This document shows, in pieces, positions 1 through 16,676 of a stretch of 64,000 bases of DNA (the stretch's first letter is position 1; every line of letters begins with the position of its first letter). The DNA comes from the human T2T-CHM13v2.0 reference genome, Homo sapiens, in assembly GCF_009914755.1 (NCBI RefSeq), contig NC_060931.1. One strand, written 5' to 3'. Position numbers and translations under genes: made by a program. The notes beneath the pieces are model-generated. The model worked only from the letters and a program-made list of their open reading frames with translations. It did not search any database and was not told where the DNA came from.

Positions 1-310
<310 letters not shown>

Positions 311-549
311 TTGAGTATTTTTGATTTGCACACTCATGTGCTTTTTTTTTTCCAGCCCAGGAAAATTGTCTTCTATTAAACTATTTTTTTTTTTTCCTCC
401 ACTTATTCTGGTTTCTTCTTTAGAAATATTGCTAATCTAGAGATTAGGTATACTGGACTGTTAGCCTGGACTTGGGAGACAAAACAATATGTCCATTATA
501 CAGAGCAAAGAAGCTATGTTTTTTTAAATGGGGATACATTATAGGTAGC

Positions 550-1205
<656 letters not shown>

Positions 1206-2177
1206 TGTTTACAGTTTCTTTAAGGAAATTCCCATTTCCTTAGCAGGACTCTTCCATTTAAAGACAAGATTGCAGGACTTTCCTTTGTACACATCTGGCT
1301 GCATCTCTTGGCTCTGAAACACATCTTTCTCATTGGTCCAATAAATAGTAGAAACAATCTGTAATCATCAGGTTTATCATGTAGATATATGACTGCCATT
1401 TGTTAATGGTGAGATTTATTGCAATAAAATTTATCTGCTCCAGTGTCCTTTTTAACAAGGCAAAGGAGATAGCACAACTCTAGTTTTATGTGTTTTGCGT
1501 GACTTAAGTCAGGACTTCGACTCAACTGCGGTTGAGCACTGGTATCTGTGCTCAGCTCACAAAAAAGCAGAATTTCTTCTACTTTCAGCAAAGTGCTTAC
1601 TGGTAAAATTGACCGTCTGAAAGAGTAAAGACAGTTCACCGAGGGGAGATGACCGGGAAAGCCATAGATCAGGGGTTTTCAAGGTTCTTTTCAGTTGTAC
1701 TTTCTCCAGCTGAAATCTTCCCTGGACACTTAAAAAGCTGATACGTTCTAGTTAAAGAAGGCATCGTACCATTCAACTAACTCTCCAATATGTGTACCTC
1801 TGCCCCATCAAGTTAACCCTGGGGAGGGTTCCAAGAAGCCCCAGGATTTGGCCAATCACAGTTTGAAAGCCAGTGCTGATTATAAAAGGCCTCGGGGTGG
1901 GGCCTGGCTTACTCTTTGCTCAGTAGCTACTCATCAGGCTTGAGCCTCCTAATGCCTTGCACTGATACCAACTCCCTCTTCAGAACCATCACAGCATTTT
2001 AATATGTTTCTCCTTGGAACTCTTATTACTCCTTACCTTTTTCGTCTTATAATTTATAATTCAGATATATGACTTATCTTCTTATATCTGCATATTAGTC
2101 TACAGTGTACTCAGAGAATTTATTAGTTCATCAAATATCCAGTTAGCGAGCATCCCCATTTCCCAGATTATTTCTTT

Positions 2178-2481
2178 TACTTTTTATTTTTTTTTTGGGG
2201 ACAAAGTTTTGCTCTGGTTGCCCAGGCTGGAGTGCAGTGGCACGATTTTGACTCACCGCAACCTCTGCCTCCCAGGTTCAAGCGATCCTCCTGCCTCAGC
2301 CTCCTGAGTAACTTAGATTACAGGCTTGCACCACCACGCACGGCTAATTTTTTGTATTTTTAGTAAAGACGGGGTTTCTCCATGTTGGCCAGGCTAGTCT
2401 TGAACCCCTGACCTCAGATGACATGCCTACCTCGACCTCCCAAAGTGTTGGGATTACAGATGTGAGCCACCACGCCTGGCC
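2178..2481 (-). mobile_element. Alu (AluS)
   Basis: Antisense Alu with TSD TTCCCAGATTATTT on both sides. Confidence 0.93.
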
Positions 2482-2501
2482 TTTCCCAGATTATTTCTTC
2501 A

Positions 2502-2553
2502 GTGTGTGTGTTTGTGTGTGTGTGTATGTGTGTATGTGTGTGTGTGCATGTGT
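2502..2553. repeat. (TG)n microsatellite, imperfect
   Basis: Direct reading. Confidence 0.9.
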
Positions 2554-3015
2554 TTTAGTTTGTTTGAATCAAGATATCCGTGCATTACAAAAATCAAAGT
2601 CCACACATAACATTTGGTATTTTTTCTACAATTTCTCCACCTTCTTTTTGTTGTTCTTGTAACTTATTTGTTGAAGAAAATGGATCCTGCATGCTCTATA
2701 GTCTTTCATATTGTGGCTTTGCAGTTTGCATCATTTCAGACAACACACTTAAACAGGATTCATAAGGGTTTTCAACGGAGATACACATTTGTTTCTTTAC
2801 TGTGTACCATACGGGCTCCTTGTGTGCTAGCACTGGGGCCCTGCATGCGTGAGTCCCCTCTATTCTAGCCAGGCCAGCCTGCATGTTGTCCTGGTACAGC
2901 AACATCTCCTTAACATAATCATAGGCTTTTCAGGCACAAAGGACCTAGAGTCAGTCACCTTCTCACATCTATAACTCCCAGCCACGTGGTGTCTTCTCTC
3001 TTTCACCACCTGTCA

Positions 3016-3355
<340 letters not shown>

Positions 3356-3719
3356 TCATACTCAAATTCTTCTGGGGGCTCAATGCAAGAGAGAGGGAAG
3401 AAAGTACAAATGTGGGAATTAGACTCTTGAGTTGGCCGTTTCCCTGGATCTCCTGATCTTGGGCAGATGATTGAACTTCTCTGAGCCTCAGTTTTTAAAA
3501 TCCGTATAATGGGGATGTTGCAAGGATTAAACAACAAGAGAAAATACAGTAGAATAAAACATTCTTGCAGTTGCTTAGACCCAAAACATTATTTTTTCCT
3601 TCTCTCTCACACCCCATATTAGAAAAAAGACCCCGAGGGAAAGCTCAGTGCTACATGATTTCATCCAACCTCCTCTTTGGGCCTTTTATAAATACCGCAG
3701 ATCCTTAAATAACATGAAT

Positions 3720-3935
3720 AGTAACATCTATTCATCGCGTACTCTGTATCACGCAGTGTATTAAAAGCCTTCTGTCTAATAACTCATTTAAACCTTTAAG
3801 AATCCTACAAGGTCGGTATTATTATCGCCAGTCCCAGTTTTACAGATGAGGAAACGGAGGCCCAGAAAAATTAAGTAATGTACCCAAGGTTACCCGGGCA
3901 GTAAATGATGGTGTCTGGATTGGGACCTATGCTGT
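3720..3935 (-). mobile_element. MIR SINE (a second MIR piece lies at ~3420-3535, + strand)
   Basis: TTTTACAGATGAGGAAACGGAGGCCCAGA...CCCAAGGTTAC MIR core. Confidence 0.8.
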
Positions 3936-3948
3936 CACACACCAGGGA

Positions 3949-4250
3949 CTTTTTTTTTTTTTTTGAGACAGGGTCTCACTCTGTCGCCCAGGCTGGAGTG
4001 CAGTGGCACAATCACGGTTCACTGCCAGCTTCAACCTCCCTGGGCTCAGGCAATCCTCCCACCTCAGCCTCCTGAGTGGCTGGGACTACAGGTGTGTGCC
4101 ACCGCACCTGGCTAATTTTTTTTTTTTTTTTGTAGAGATGGGGTTTCACCATGTTGCCCAGGCTGCTCTCAAACTCCTGGGCTCAAGTGATTCACCTGCC
4201 TTGGGCTCCAAAAGTGCTGGGATTATAAGACTGAGCCACTGCATTTGGCC
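3949..4250 (-). mobile_element. Alu (AluJ/S)
   Basis: Antisense Alu, TSD CAGGGACTT. Confidence 0.92.
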
Positions 4251-4269
4251 TACAGGGACTTCTTAATCC

Positions 4270-4821
<552 letters not shown>

Positions 4822-5470
4822 TTACTTTTCCTTTCTGGAGTTGGGTTAAAGGGTATCTAAGGGCCATCTTAGATATATCATCCAATGTGTCTGTGGCTCA
4901 GGGCAGGTCACGGATTTCCTCAAGCCACCGGGGAGCCCGAAGCAAGCTTCAGTGGTGATACCTCTGGCCACCTCATCAGTGGCAGCAGGAAGACTCTTCA
5001 AAAGCCTATGCTGGGCCTGTCACATCTGAGTGAAATACATATGCGTGTCAGTTACCTTCCCATATTTCTCAGGCCACTTGAGGTGGAAAATGCGTAGGCT
5101 TTGAACCATCCGAGGAGAGCTTTCGCAGCTGTCAGCAGCTGAACACAGTCACGATCAGATTCATAGTGACCCTTAGATTGTGTCAGTCACTGTAGTTCCT
5201 CACCCGTCTGAGAGACTGACAGCCCTGTCTTGTCAGTTTGTCAAACTGAATGACAGTCTCTCCAGATTTGGTTATGCGTGGACAAGAGAAGTTGTCATGG
5301 AAACCTTGTGGATGCCGATGAGCCAGGGGCATCTTCACCATACTCAGATGGTGTGGATAAGGAGAACAGGGCAATTAGATGCTCTGCATCATTAATACAA
5401 GAAGGTTTACAAATTAAATCTTGTCAGCAACCTGAAGGCCACTCAATGACCCAAAAAATTTAAGCTCTGA

Positions 5471-5815
<345 letters not shown>

Positions 5816-6032
5816 TCTCCTCCTTTCCTTCTTTCAGTTGATCACACTCACCTCAGTGAAACAGGGCCGACTGGATAAATTGCAAGCTCTCTGCTGTCTG
5901 GCATAATGTTTGCCGATTGTTGGTTGCATCAAGTAGAAAAAAAAAGAAAAGAGGTTGAATTTGGATGTCAGGGTTTAAGTTTTAACTCAGCCACCATTGG
6001 CTTATTTCATTGAGTTAAAAAATTGAAATAGA

Positions 6033-6340
6033 GGGCTGGGTGTGGTGGTTCACGCCTGTAATACCAGCACTTTGGGAGGCTGAGGCAGGTGAATCATCTG
6101 AGGTCAGGAGTTTGAGACCAGCCTGGCCAACATGGTGAAACCCCATCTCTACTAAAAATACAAAAATTAGCCAGGTGTGGTGGCGGGCACGTGTAATCCC
6201 AGGTACTTGGGAGGCTGAGGCAGGAGAATTGCCTGAACTGGGAGGCGGAGGTTGCTGTGAGCCAAGATCGCACTACTGCACTCAAGCCTGGGCAACAGAG
6301 CAAGACTCCATTTCAAAAAAAAGAAAAAGAGAAAGAATGA
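6033..6340 (+). mobile_element. Alu (AluS)
   Basis: Full-length sense Alu. Confidence 0.94.
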
Positions 6341-6453
6341 GAATAAAAAGAAATATATCAAAATGCATTAAACAGAGTGGAGTTAAGTTTTGCTTGTGCA
6401 ACATTTATTTTAGTTATGTAAATGTATAAATCATTGGGTGTACTGGATTATGC

Positions 6454-6457
<4 letters not shown>

Positions 6458-6503
<46 letters not shown>

Positions 6504-6781
6504 AGATGGAGTCCCGCTCTGTCACCCAGGCTGGCATGCAATGGCGCCATCTCGGCTCAGTGCAACCTCCGCCTCCCTGGTTCAAGCGATTCTCCTGCCT
6601 CAGCCTCCTGAATAGTTGGGATTACAGGCACTGGCCACCATGCCCAAGTAATTTTTGTATTTTTAGTAGAGACAGGGGTCTATGTTGGCCAGGCTTGTCT
6701 CAAACTCCCGACCCCAAGTGATCTGCCCGCCTTGGCCTCCCAAAGTGCTAGGATTACAAGCATGAGCCACCACACCTTGCC
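6458..6781 (-). mobile_element. Alu whose tail position is occupied by a (TG)~21 microsatellite (6458-6500)
   Basis: (TG)n directly abuts AGATGGAGTCCCGCTCTGTCACCCAGG. Confidence 0.92.
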
Positions 6782-7059
6782 TCGAGTGTGTTTTTATTGT
6801 GACTTACTACTAGGAATATTGGAAAACCACTATCCCAAGAAATCCAGGGGTGGAGGAAGGAATTCTTCCAGTCTTTTTAGATGGGTGCATAGAAGTAGCC
6901 ACAATTATGAGTTTTTACCATGTGCCAGGCACTATTCTAAGCACTTGAGAAGTACTAGGTCATTTTATCCTCATGACAACCCTATGAAGTAGATACCGTA
7001 TTACCAAATCCATGCGACAGATGAAGAAATGGAGACATGGTTGATTATGATTTGTGGTA

Positions 7060-7984
<925 letters not shown>

Positions 7985-8139
7985 GAGTTGCATCTCCTTC
8001 ATCTTCTTTCGGTCATGGATTCAAGTCCACCTCTTCCAACAGGTCTTCCTTGATGGAGCCTACTCCAGTAATAGTATATTGTTGTAGGCTTGCCAACGTA
8101 CATTTCTTTTTAAAATTTATTTTTATTTTATTATTATTA

Positions 8140-8532
8140 TTTTTCAGATAGGATCTTGCTATATTTCCCAGCCTGTTCTTGAATTCCTGGGCTTAAGTGA
8201 TCCTCCTGCTCCAGTCTCCTGAGTAGCTGGGACTACAAGTGTGCACCACCACACCCAGCTAAAATTTTTAATGTTTTTGTAGAGATAGGATCTTGCTATG
8301 TTGCCCAGCCTGGTCTTGAACTCCTGGGCTTAAGCAATCCTCCTGCCTCAGCCTCCTGAGTAGCTGGGATTACAGGCATGTGCCACCACACCCAGTTACA
8401 TTTTTAAATTTTTTGTAGAGATAGGGTCTTGCCATATTGCTCAGCCTGGTCTTAAACTCCTAGGCTCAAGCAATCCTCCTGCCTCAGCCTCCTGAGTAGC
8501 TGGGACTACAGGTGCTTACCACCACATCCAAC
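8140..8532 (-). mobile_element. Three tandem Alu-monomer-like units (~136 bp)
   Basis: AGATAGG(A/G)TCTTGC...CAGCCTG...GAGTAGCTGGGA(C/T)TACA occurs three times, starting ~8146, ~8283 and ~8419. Confidence 0.85.
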
Positions 8533-8825
8533 TCCCAACTTTTACCTTCATTAGCAGAATATGAGCATGTCCATTTGACCACACTCTGAATAACACAGTG
8601 TATTACTATTTGAAAAAACATGTTTTGGCACCTTTTAAGGCAGAGCTGATGCACATCTGCTGAAATAAATCAGTGTTCTTGCCTTGATCGATTTAATTAA
8701 GTCTACAGGTCTATTTCTGAACATAATGTACGACCTTATCCCAGGAAAATTTTGTGTGTTTATGAGCTAAGAATCATTGATAAATGATGAGCCTTCTTTT
8801 TCCTCTTCTTCTTCTTTTTAAAATT

Positions 8826-9122
8826 CTTTTTCAGATGGAGTCTCATTCTGTCACCCAGGTTGTAGTGTAGTGGCTTGATCATAGATAGCTCACTATGGCC
8901 TCAGCCTCCTGGGCTCAAGAGATCCTCGTCTCAGCCTCCCGAATAGCTCGGACTACAGATGCATGCCACCATGGTAGGCTAATTTTTTTAATTTCTAATT
9001 TTTGTAGAGATAGGGTCTCATCTTGTTGCCCAGTCTTGTCTTGAACTCCTGGCTTCATGTGATCCTGCCTTCTCAGCCTCCCAAAATGCTGGGATTATAG
9101 GCATGAACCATTGTACTTGGCT
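8826..9122 (-). mobile_element. AluJ-like element
   Basis: Diverged antisense Alu. Confidence 0.88.
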
Positions 9123-10139
9123 GTCCTGTTCTTCTTTGTCATGGTTATATCTACTGAATTTCAACCAGCATCCTCCCCAACGCATGTGAGCCAGATGTCA
9201 TGAGAACAGAAATATAGAGAAATGGAAAGGAATAATTTATTGTGATATGAAGACATAAGTTTCTGTGAAACATAAAGGCATATGAACTGTTTACATTTTG
9301 TTACATATTCCAGGTAGCTAAAATTTTGTAAAAATTAAGCATTCTGTGGTTCCATGGTTATAGACGTCATCCTTGGGGTATTTTATAAATCCTGAAGTAT
9401 AGAATCATGGCTGCGTAACTCATGGTGTGGACATCTATGTGGCAAATCTATGTTTGCATTCAATTATAAGATGATTGCGTAAGGTCAAACAGTGACCCTG
9501 CAGCAGAGAGTCAGCTCTCCAAGCTCTGTTCTTTAAAATTATACAGTGCCAGGAATTAGAAGCACTCCATTCTCTCCCTTAGGAAAAGAAGAGAACCTCT
9601 CTTCTGGGCTTCCATTTCCTTGCCTGTAAAAATCAAGGGGTTGAATGACATGGCCTCTAAAGTCCCCGATTCCAAAATTTCATGTTGCTGTGATTCTGAT
9701 TACAGTCCTGATCCAGTCATGCATGCAAAGTGCTGACTATTTAAGTAATTGCTTGCAGGTTGGACATTTCATCACTGTCAAGGGCCCAGAATCACATGGA
9801 AGGGCAGCGCTTCCTTCTCCCTGGTTACATGCTGAATGTAATTACACTTTAAATGACTTAATAAAGGAGGTGGGTGCCTGCCTTCGCCAGGGCTTGTCCT
9901 TGGGCTGTGCATGCAGCGCATATAAAGGCTGCTTATGTATCTCATCCAAGGAAGCTCAGACCTTGCTTGGCCATGACCTTGTGCCAGGCATCTGGTCTAC
10001 CTGGTCTGAACCAGCACCATTTGTGCTCCAGATTGGTCTCACTAATGTCTCCTTACGTTGCCTCAGGAAGCGTTTACCCCAAGATTCTAAAGAGGCAACG
10101 AGAAGGGCCATTTTGTGAAGAACTGTGAGATATAAACCC

Positions 10140-11308
<1,169 letters not shown>

Positions 11309-11580
11309 TAATGACAAAAAAGATAGGGGCTTATGGAGATGGTTATGTAAAGCAGGAGACAACACAGCAAGCTTCCAGATGGAGGTCTGAGCTTCCTAAG
11401 CCTTCAGCCCTCATGGACATGTGCAGCTGCTGCTGATTTCATCTGTGTGGCATGAAGACTCTTCGAGGCACAAGAAACTTGCTTCTGCCAGAGGGGCTTA
11501 GAGAGTTCTTAGTATCATTCCCTCTCTGCTCCGCTCAAATTTTGGTGACTCTGGCCAAATGCCTGCCTGCTCAGCTGGTA

Positions 11581-11616
<36 letters not shown>

Positions 11617-11765
11617 ACAAAGCAATGACCGCTCATGCATATTCCTGAATAATTCCATGAGATTGGGTGACTTGAAGGTCAACTTCTCTGACCCAGCATG
11701 CCTCAGTTGGTCCACTCCTATCCTCCACTGTCTATAGTGTCTACTGGCATCCTGGCAGAACCATT

Positions 11766-12148
11766 CATCTTAGTCTTTTGAGTTGTTATAACAAAAGACC
11801 TTAAGTATTTACTATTTCTATTTACTTACACTAGGTCATTTCTAACCATATTTATTGCTCATGGTTCTGGAGGCTGGAAAGTCCAAGGTCAAGGTGCCAG
11901 CAGATTTGGTGTCTGGTGAAGGCCTGTTCCTCACAGATGCTACTTTCTATGTGTCCTCACAAGGTGAAAGGGGTGGAAGGGGCAAGCAGGCTCCCTCTGG
12001 TACTTTTATAAGGGCACTGATCCCATTCCTGAGGGTGGAGCCCCCATGACCTAATTGCCTCCTAAAGTTCCCACCTCCTAACGCCATCACCTTGGAGTTA
12101 GGTTACAACACATTAATTTGGTGGGACATGAACATTCAGACCATGGCA
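11766..12148 (-). mobile_element. MaLR LTR (MLT1A/MSTD-like)
   Basis: GGTTCTGGAGGCTGGAAAGTCCAAGGTCAAGGTGCCAGCAGATTTGGTGTCTGGTGA...AACATTCAGACCATGGCA; flanked by CCATT. Confidence 0.8.
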
Positions 12149-12149
12149 C

Positions 12150-12415
12150 CATTCATTAGACTACTACTCAGCAAGAAAGAGGAAGGAAGTGTTGGAAGTT
12201 TCTGCACCAACACAGATAAATCTCAAGATAATCATGCTAAGTGAAAGAAGCCATACAAAAAGGAATACACATTGTATAATTCTGCTTATGTGAAGCTTAG
12301 AAGATGCAAAACTAACTGGTAGGGACAGAAAGCACATCCATGGTTTCCCGGGTAAAGAAGGGAATATGAGGGAGGAATTAACATAGAAGCACTAAGAAGC
12401 TTTTGAGGTCATGGA
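12150..12415 (+). mobile_element. Old L1M 3' fragment
   Basis: AAATCTCAAGATAATCATGCTAAGTGAAAGAAGCCATACAAAAAGG...GACAGAAAGCACATC. Confidence 0.7.
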
Positions 12416-12552
12416 CGTGTCCTCCCTTCCCCTCCTCTCTCCTCCCCTCCCCTCTCCTTCCTCCCTCTCTTCCTTGCTTCCTCCCCCTCCCCTCCCTCCC
12501 TCCCTCTCTTCCTTCCTTCCTTCCTCCCTTCCCCTCCCTAGCCTAGGTCTTA

Positions 12553-12875
<323 letters not shown>

Positions 12876-13199
12876 GTTATAGAAAATAAAAATGCCTGGC
12901 AAGCAGTAGATCTCTGGCCAATGTCAGCTTTTTCTACCATCAATGAGAATCTCAGCCCTAGGATATTTGGATCAGACACCCCCCTGTTTTCCAAGAGACC
13001 TGCTAATCCCTAAACCAAAGCATTTCAGGGCAGCTTCCAAATGTCCTTGTGGCAGGGTGGTTATTTTTCTTCCCTAACTAGTAGCAGGTGTTTGGCTGTG
13101 TCCATTAAAAGCCATTTTGTGTTCCCCTGACAAACGAGTTTTTTATTTAGTGGCATAGGATCAATAATGTATCTCATGCGAACTATTAAAATGGAACAT

Positions 13200-13530
13200 G
13201 TCTGCTGGGCTGACAATTGTATTATCAATATGTACTGAGCAATAAATTATGTGAAACAAAAATGGAGCAACCGGCCTTATAAAAGGCTTATCTGGGGGCA
13301 CGGCTGGCTTTGTTACAGCCGCAGCCGTGGCTTCCCGTGGCTGCACTTGGAAAAAGCACTCGACGCTGCCCGGGCAGCTTTCCATCTCAAGTGGGAACGC
13401 GGCTGCCGGCTGTCTCCGCTCTTCAAAGTTAGTGGAGGCTCATTTGGAATAAACTCTTCTCTTCTGCTTCCCAGTCAGGCCCTGGTGGAATACAGAGTCT
13501 GTCCTGATCCCTGCCCTTTGACAAGGGTGA
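13200..13530 (+). promoter_or_regulatory. Candidate TATA-box promoter/enhancer with a small CpG cluster
   Basis: TATAAAAG at 13278-13285 in GC-flanked context; roughly a dozen CpGs in 13271-13420 within repeat-free DNA in an otherwise CpG-poor window. Confidence 0.45.
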
Positions 13531-13877
13531 ACATCCCCTTGTTCCATGCTCAGTGCCACAGGGGAGGACATTTCAGATGCCCTAGTCCCGTCCACATCAG
13601 GAGTGATCACCTAGTGTCAACTCCCACCTTTGCTCCTCACCTCCCATCAGTCTGGCATTTACCTGGCTTCTAACTTACAGGTTTTGTCTTCTATTTGCGG
13701 CCTCTGACAATTGATATAACTTCTCTAGCATTCTCCTTTGGATCCAGTCACACTCCCTGTCTGTCAATTACTGATCTCTTTGGGTAATCACTTTACTCCC
13801 CACCCATAATCTGCCTTCCCCTCTGATGGGAGTTGAGAAGTCTCAGTTGCACTAATAACTCTTTTCAGGATTTCTAT

Positions 13878-14173
13878 TGTTTTTTTTTTTTTTTGAGACA
13901 GAGTTTTGCTTTGTTGCCCAGGCAGTGGCACGATCTTGGCTCACTGCAACCCCTGCCTCCTGGGTTTAAGTGATTCTTGTGCCTCAGCCTCGCTTCCTGA
14001 GTAGCTGGGACTACAAGCGTACGCCACCATACCCGGTTAATTTCTGTATTTTTAGTAGAGACGGGGTTTCACCATTTTGGCCAGGCTGGTCTTGAACTCC
14101 TGACCTCAGGTGATCCACCTGCCTAGGCCTCCCAGAGTGTTGGGATTACAGGCGTGGGCCACTGTGCCTGGCC
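13878..14173 (-). mobile_element. Alu (AluS) with small deletion
   Basis: Antisense Alu; TSD GGATTTCTATT. Confidence 0.92.
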
Positions 14174-14989
14174 AGGATTTCTATTTCAATCATTATTTTC
14201 ATAAAACCTAGCCCTTAGGGACCATTCCTCCTGAGTGCTGCATTGCAAGGCATGTTGGGAACTTAGCTTCTTAGGAGGAAATGAAGAGGAAGAAGCTTGG
14301 AAATCGGGCAGGGTATGGACTGGGAATCTGGGAACCTGACTTGGCTGTGGGGCTGACCCCAAAGGAACTGGTCAGAAGTTGAATGCACAATACCAATAGG
14401 ACTTGGTACACTTGGGTTGATATGGGACAGGGAGGAACAGTTGTGAAGTAGAATGTTATAGCCCCAGCCCCATTAATGACTGTTCGTCATAGACATTCTC
14501 TTTTAGTGGGAGGAACTGGATGTCACCCAGGAACCCAAAGGCCTTCTTTGAGTCCAGATGCAGTAGTCTCACCATCCAGGCAGCCACTTCCCATCTGAGT
14601 TGGCAGTCAGATGGAAATCTGTTGCTATATTTGGCCTAAAGAAATGCCTTTCAATCAGGACTGTGTGTGTATTGGAAGCAGTGGCCAGGTTCATAAGAAT
14701 ATCTGAGAGGGAAGAAACAGTTGAAAGGCACATTAAATATTACAATATAATTTTATAGTTGGTAACGCAAAATATCTATTACTTTCTTAAAAGAAACTAT
14801 GGGTAGTTAAATTCGACCAAAACGTCTTGGATAGGGATACGGAAGGGGCAGAGATTCTCAAGGAAGTGGGAGGAGCTCCCTCCAGGAACTGTATCAGAAT
14901 ATTAGGGGAAATATCAAATGTGTGATTTTCATGATTACTTAGAAAGAGGTGGATTTATCCAAAGAGAGCGAATGGACCCGTTACAGTCA

Positions 14990-15530
14990 ATATTTCTTGC
15001 TTCCTTTAGAACACAAGCCCCTGAACTTTCACCTGGAACATGGCGGCTCAGAATAAAGGTTACTTTTCCCAGCTTCCCTTGCAACTGGGTCTGACCATGT
15101 GACTAGGTTCTGGCCAATGGGATGCGAGCACAAGTGTTGCATGACAGGTTATAGGAACTTGCTGTAACAGAAGCTGGCATTAGACCTTGACTCCTTTTCT
15201 TTACCTCCTTCTCCATCTTTCTGCTTGGCATGCAGGTGCTGCTGTCTATGACCTTGAGGATGAGGGTCGTGCCCTAGAGATGGCTGAGGGTTGAACTATT
15301 AGGTTGGTGCAAAAGTAACTGAAGTTTTTTTGCTGTTACTTTTAATGGCAAAAACAGCAATTACTTTTGCACCAATTTAATAAAAGGATCCAAGATCCTT
15401 GGGGACTTTGTGAAGCAGGGCTCATAAAAATCTGCCCAGCGCTTTCTCCCACTGGACAAATTTTACATGAGAAATCAACTTCCATTGTGTTAAAGGCACT
15501 ATGATTTTGGATTTTGCTATGGCTGAAGAT
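14990..15530 (+). mobile_element. Old ERVL-class LTR (LTR16/LTR33-like) hosting a MADE1
   Basis: TTCCCAGCTTCCCTTGCAACTGGG...CCATGTGACTAGGTTCTGGCCAATGGGATG. Confidence 0.55.
15299..15380. mobile_element. MADE1 (Hsmar1-derived MITE)
   Basis: TA-TTAGGTTGGTGCAAAAGTAA...TTACTTTTGCACCAATTTAA-TA: terminal inverted repeats with TA target duplication. Confidence 0.92.
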
Positions 15531-15569
15531 TGCCACCACCAAGTCTTTCCTTCTCTATATACAGATGGT

Positions 15570-16065
15570 GCTCCTTACAGCAAGAGCTAGAGTGTAATTA
15601 TCCTCCTCTTGAATCTGGGCTGGCTTTAAGTGGTTTGTTGGACCAATAGAATGTGGCAAAAGCAATGTTTTGGAATTTCTGTGGCTAGGTCAAATGGTGT
15701 GGCTTCGGCCTGGGCCTCTTGGAATGTTTATTTTGGAACATTGCCTCTCAGAACCTAGCTGCGAGGCTGGGATAAGCCCAAGCTAATGGAGAGGTCACAT
15801 ATAGGTACCCTGGTCCACAGTCCAGGCTGAGCTCCCAATCAATAGCCACATGAACAGGTCACCTTAGATACGATGTTCAGGACAGCTTATGGATGACGGC
15901 ACTCCCAGCTGATGTTCGACTGCAATTACATAGACACTCTGAGAGAGACACAACCAGCTCTGCTCCCAGTCAATCCTCAGAACCATGACATAAACTAAAG
16001 AGTTGCTGTTAGAAGCCCCTAAGTTTTGGGATGGTTTGTTACACAGCAATAGATAACCACATCAA
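15570..16065 (+). mobile_element. MLT1-family MaLR LTR
   Basis: CTTGAATCTGGGCTGGC...GACCAATAGAATGTGGC...AAGTTTTGGGATGGTTTGTTACACAGCAATAGATAAC. Confidence 0.75.
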
Positions 16066-16374
16066 CCAATGTGATCACAGAAGATATAATTTAGATTAAA
16101 AGCAGTCTGTTAATTAGATGAAAAAGAACAAGAGGGAATTGAAGAAGTGAGGGTGATGTCTTGGATACCGGTTTGCTCACAGCAGCTGATAAAGTCCTGC
16201 TTGATAAAGAGCGACCTCATGTGTGGCATCAGCAGATGTGAATGAATGCTTGTGAAGCTGGCACACAGATGGCCTCAACTCCCTGACTCTTATTGTCTCT
16301 TTAAGTTATCTCCAAGCTCCTGTATCATGCTCTGGCCCAAGCGGAATGCCAGCATTCCCTGGATGGGCTTAGTT

Positions 16375-16676
<302 letters not shown>

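Noticed and set aside
9482-9498. AGGTCA-AACAG-TGACCC as an estrogen response element
   Set aside because: Spacer is 5 bp, not 3
9645-10118. 157 aa ORF, the longest largely non-repeat ORF
   Set aside because: Starts in a MIR-like remnant, has no recognisable domain or exon structure, and is within chance expectation for 64 kb
11582-11612. Isolated A31 run as a processed-pseudogene tail
   Set aside because: No upstream ORF, poly(A) signal or convincing long TSD seen
13275-13286. CCTTATAAAAGG as a CArG (SRF) box
   Set aside because: Eight A/T bases between CC and GG rather than six; better read as TATA
13251-13673. 140 aa ORF over the promoter candidate
   Set aside because: GTG start lies upstream of the TATA box; no recognisable protein
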